Below, in pieces: positions 60,986-64,000 of a stretch of 64,000 nt of DNA. The notes below the pieces were generated by a model. The model did no database searches, had not been told where the DNA came from, and saw only the letters and a list, made by a program, of their open reading frames with translations. The DNA is taken from IMG/VR virus record IMGVR_UViG_3300037423_000411, positions 1 to 64,000 of that record; one strand, written 5' to 3'. Source of the stretch: a virus. A program made the position numbers and the translations under genes. Each line of letters starts with the position of its first letter. Within the stretch, counting starts at the first letter, position 1.

Positions 60986-61442
60986 CTAGCGCGCCTTGAC
61001 TTCGTTCACGCGTGTCTCGAAGACGCTCTTGCTGATCGCCTCGTTCTGATACAGGTACTTCAGCACCAGCAGATCAGCGGTCTTGTCCAGGAATTCATGC
61101 CGGTCGGCCCAGGACATCGCATCCCAGACCTCAGGACCCTTCAGACGGCGTCCGTCGTTGTCGTCCAGCGTCTCGGTGTGCATGCGCTTGTTACCGTGCT
61201 CAGTCGTCCACTCAGCACCGTTCTGCACCATCACGGTTCTTCTGCCTCCTCCTTATCGTCCAAGTACTCACCACAGCCGCAGGCGAAGCGTGTGTCGCCC
61301 TCCTCATCCGTCTTCAGGTCCCAGCCCTCGTGATCCTGATGACCTCGGAGGAACTTGATCTGCTCCAGACGAGAATCGATGCTCGCCCATAGGTTGTCCT
61401 GCATCTGGTCCAGCATCGACGGCGGTTCCTCCGGAATAGCAG

Positions 61443-63998
61443 TCACAACTCGATTCCTCTCGCCAACGCGTCGATGTCTACCGAACCTCGTGCTCGACGT
61501 ACGGAAGCACCTCCCAAGGTGAGACTCAGAAGGGCCTTGTCCTTGATGTCCAGGCTTGTGCCGATCGGCACACGTGCTTCACCCTGCGGTGTCATCAGCA
61601 CGAGCGTGTTGCCTCCTGGTCGGCTCTTCACCAGCGTCATGAGCGCGGTCGCCTGATCAGCGGACGGCATCTCGCCCAACACAACCTCGACCTCGATCGG
61701 GTCGTTGAAGCTGTCCTCGGCGGCCTCATCGATCGGCACCATCTTGACCGGAGTCAGCTCTTCATCCGTACTGTCATCAAAAGTGGTCGTCCGGAACATC
61801 GTCTCGGGAAGCTCAGCATTCATCGAGTCATGCCAACCGGAATCCTCAGGCTCCTTCGGAAGGTCCGGAACCACAGTCAACCGAATCGGAACCTGCTCTG
61901 GCACGCTCTGTACGCCTCTCTGAGAGCCCTTCACGACCTGCCAGCGCCCGTCCTTCAGCTCGACATCTTCGTCCTTCCAGGACTTGCAAGAGCCGTGCCG
62001 CCAGCCCAGCTCCCAGTCGGCCTTGATCTTCGGGAAGCCAGGGATCGGAAACACGACAGCAGGCTGCAGGAGGTCCCTGATCTCCCAGGGATGAATCGAG
62101 TTGTCGACCTCGAACACCAGCGCGTCGTGAAGGTTGTGCACCAACATGGCCTTGCCCGCACCCCATAGGCCTTCCTTCTTCAGGGCCTTCCACGCGCGGA
62201 TCATGGCCATCTTCATGTAGTCAGCCGCGCCACCTTGAATCGGAGCGTTGATCAGCACACGCTCGCCCTTCGCTCGGATCGCCTTACGCGGGTCCTGCAG
62301 CTCCCAGACTGTGTACTTCCGGCCGAACGGGGTCTCAGCAAAGCCGTTCGCCTTCCCGACCTCCAACGCCCTCTGCATCCACGTGTCGACCGCACTGAAC
62401 TGCGCGAAGTAGGCGTCATACAGCTCCTGAGCACGCTCCAGGCTGATCGCCAGACGCTCGGCCAGCGACTGAACGCCCATCTGATACATCAGCGCGAAGT
62501 TCATGGTCTTACCGACCGCCCGCTGTTCGGGAGTCAGGCCTTCCAGCTTGACTCCGAGCATGCGCGCTCCGGTGAGGCTGTGCACATCTTCGTCATTCTC
62601 GAACGCGTGCAGCAGTGCCGGTTCCTGGCTCACGCCTGCAAGCACGCGAAGCTCGATCTGCGAGTAGTCGTAGCCGATGAAATACGTGCCTTCGGCAGCC
62701 CAGATGTAGTCCCGGAAATTGCCCGCCCAGTAGTCTTCGTACGCCGTCCCAGTCTTCAGGATTTCGTCCCACTCGGGCGTGTGCAGCGTGACGTTCTCGT
62801 GCGTGCTCCAACCCCACTTCTTCGGCAGCTGCTGGACAGCCGGATCGGCCGCAGAGAACCGTCCTGAGCCCACCACGACCTGTGAGAAGGTCGGGTGCAC
62901 ACGGTCATCCACGTCAAAGTGATACTCCGTCAGCCACTTCTTGAAGCGTCGGAGAAGGACGTCGACCTCTCGCATCTCCAGCAGCTTCTTGATCGCCGGG
63001 ATGTCCTTGCTCAGCGCCTCCAGCGCGATCGCGTCGGAGGACATCTTCTTCCACGGCTCCCAGTCGGCGTTCTCGTCCTTCTTGCCTGCCGGTGTGAGCC
63101 GCGTCGTCGTGTATCCGAGATCGCGGTACAAGAGCTGCTTGAGCTGCTGCGACGATGCCAGGTTGATATCCGAGACGTCCCGCAGGGCCAGATTGCTCAA
63201 GCTCTGCTTGACTGCCGTCTCCATCTTGGCGCGGAAGGGGATCGCCTGCTTGTATTCCTCCTCCATCTCCTCCCACGCCACGGCCTGCCCGTACTGTTCG
63301 ACCTCTTTCATCAGTTCACTGGTCTGATGCTCGATCGCCCAGATCTGGCCTCGCTCTTCCTGCGCACGAGGCGTGATCTTCTCGTCCAGTGCCAGCGCCC
63401 AAGCCGAGTCCTCACAGGCGTACGCAGTCACCTCAGGCAGAAGCTGCAGCGTGTTGAACCGCAGACATTCCAGCTCTTTCTGCGTGGCACCCTCAGGGAA
63501 CAGCTCCTCGATCTCGGTCATCTTGTGACCGAAGATCTCGTAGATCAGCTGCTTGAGACCGAAGCCCTTCCACTCGCTCAGCACGTAAGCCGAGAGCATG
63601 CTGTCCCGGCCGTGCCTGATCTCGATGTTCGGGCCACGCCCCTTCCACTCCAAGGTGAGCAAGTTCTTCTGCTCGAACTTCAGGTGGTGAGCGACTGTCG
63701 GCAGCGTCTCTAGGACAGGCTTGATGATCTCCCAGACGTCATGCTCAGGGAGGTTGCCTTCGGCGTTGTCATGCATGATCGGCACGTACCGCGCCCAGGA
63801 AGGGTTGTTCGTGATGCTGAAGCCGACGATGAACTGTTCGGCCCACATCATGTCCAGCGAGCCCTTTTTGCGGTCAGGGCCGCTGTAGCCCGTCTCGATG
63901 TCGAACCCGATGGTCTGCCCTTGCTCCAGCAGCTTGTCAGCTAGCAGCTTGAGCTGATCCAGGCTCTTGACGAGCCCGTAGTTCCGGGAGAGAGGCAT
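61443..63998 (-). CDS. polA: family A DNA polymerase with 3'-5' exonuclease domain
   Basis: FDIETG, YACED, GRFS, DYSQIELRVLA, RAVGKTMNFALMY, NAPIQG, LHDAL. Confidence 0.96.
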   Translation of the reverse strand: MPLSRNYGLVKSLDQLKLLADKLLEQGQTIGFDIETGYSGPDRKKGSLDMMWAEQFIVGFSITNNPSWARYVPIMHDNAEGNLPEHDVWEIIKPVLETLPTVAHHLKFEQKNLLTLEWKGRGPNIEIRHGRDSMLSAYVLSEWKGFGLKQLIYEIFGHKMTEIEELFPEGATQKELECLRFNTLQLLPEVTAYACEDSAWALALDEKITPRAQEERGQIWAIEHQTSELMKEVEQYGQAVAWEEMEEEYKQAIPFRAKMETAVKQSLSNLALRDVSDINLASSQQLKQLLYRDLGYTTTRLTPAGKKDENADWEPWKKMSSDAIALEALSKDIPAIKKLLEMREVDVLLRRFKKWLTEYHFDVDDRVHPTFSQVVVGSGRFSAADPAVQQLPKKWGWSTHENVTLHTPEWDEILKTGTAYEDYWAGNFRDYIWAAEGTYFIGYDYSQIELRVLAGVSQEPALLHAFENDEDVHSLTGARMLGVKLEGLTPEQRAVGKTMNFALMYQMGVQSLAERLAISLERAQELYDAYFAQFSAVDTWMQRALEVGKANGFAETPFGRKYTVWELQDPRKAIRAKGERVLINAPIQGGAADYMKMAMIRAWKALKKEGLWGAGKAMLVHNLHDALVFEVDNSIHPWEIRDLLQPAVVFPIPGFPKIKADWELGWRHGSCKSWKDEDVELKDGRWQVVKGSQRGVQSVPEQVPIRLTVVPDLPKEPEDSGWHDSMNAELPETMFRTTTFDDSTDEELTPVKMVPIDEAAEDSFNDPIEVEVVLGEMPSADQATALMTLVKSRPGGNTLVLMTPQGEARVPIGTSLDIKDKALLSLTLGGASVRRARGSVDIDALARGIEL

Positions 63999-64000
63999 AC

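Noticed and set aside
1776-63713. Long plus-strand ORFs (e.g. 1776-2537, 53355-54218, 58544-59467, 62895-63713)
   Set aside because: Antisense shadows of well-supported minus-strand genes in GC-rich DNA, with no RBS or family motifs

Overview
A 64-kb segment of a large, GC-rich tailed phage, most likely infecting an actinobacterium (inferred from GC content, GGAGG ribosome-binding sites, leaderless genes and gene content). Essentially all genes are on the minus strand. Both ends carry replication, recombination and nucleotide-metabolism genes (family A DNA polymerase, SSB, RusA, RecA, beta clamp, Mre11/SbcD, a Rad50/SbcC split into two genes about 38 kb apart, ThyA, dCMP deaminase, MazG-like, a fused TIGR03960/TIGR03936-type radical SAM protein). 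The middle is mostly small early and accessory genes, with a tRNA-Ala and a CCA-adding-type nucleotidyltransferase. The main signal is a TIGR-Tas-like RNA-guided system: a nuclease-less Nop/IS110-C-terminal-like protein (TasA-like, 45065-45847) next to a stem-loop array, plus about 33 units of the same grammar (stem-CCA-N8/9-YG-loop-CCA-N8/9-YG-stem) spread over about 15 intergenic sites from 8 kb to 57 kb, often abutting promoters. Three other repeated cis motifs are visible: a palindromic box containing the TTGACA -35, a CCGTACGT promoter class, and an ACUCUCAC-loop hairpin before ribosome-binding sites. A structured intergenic RNA at 57.6 kb displays the complementary loop. All product calls come from motif recognition by eye; no database searches were run.
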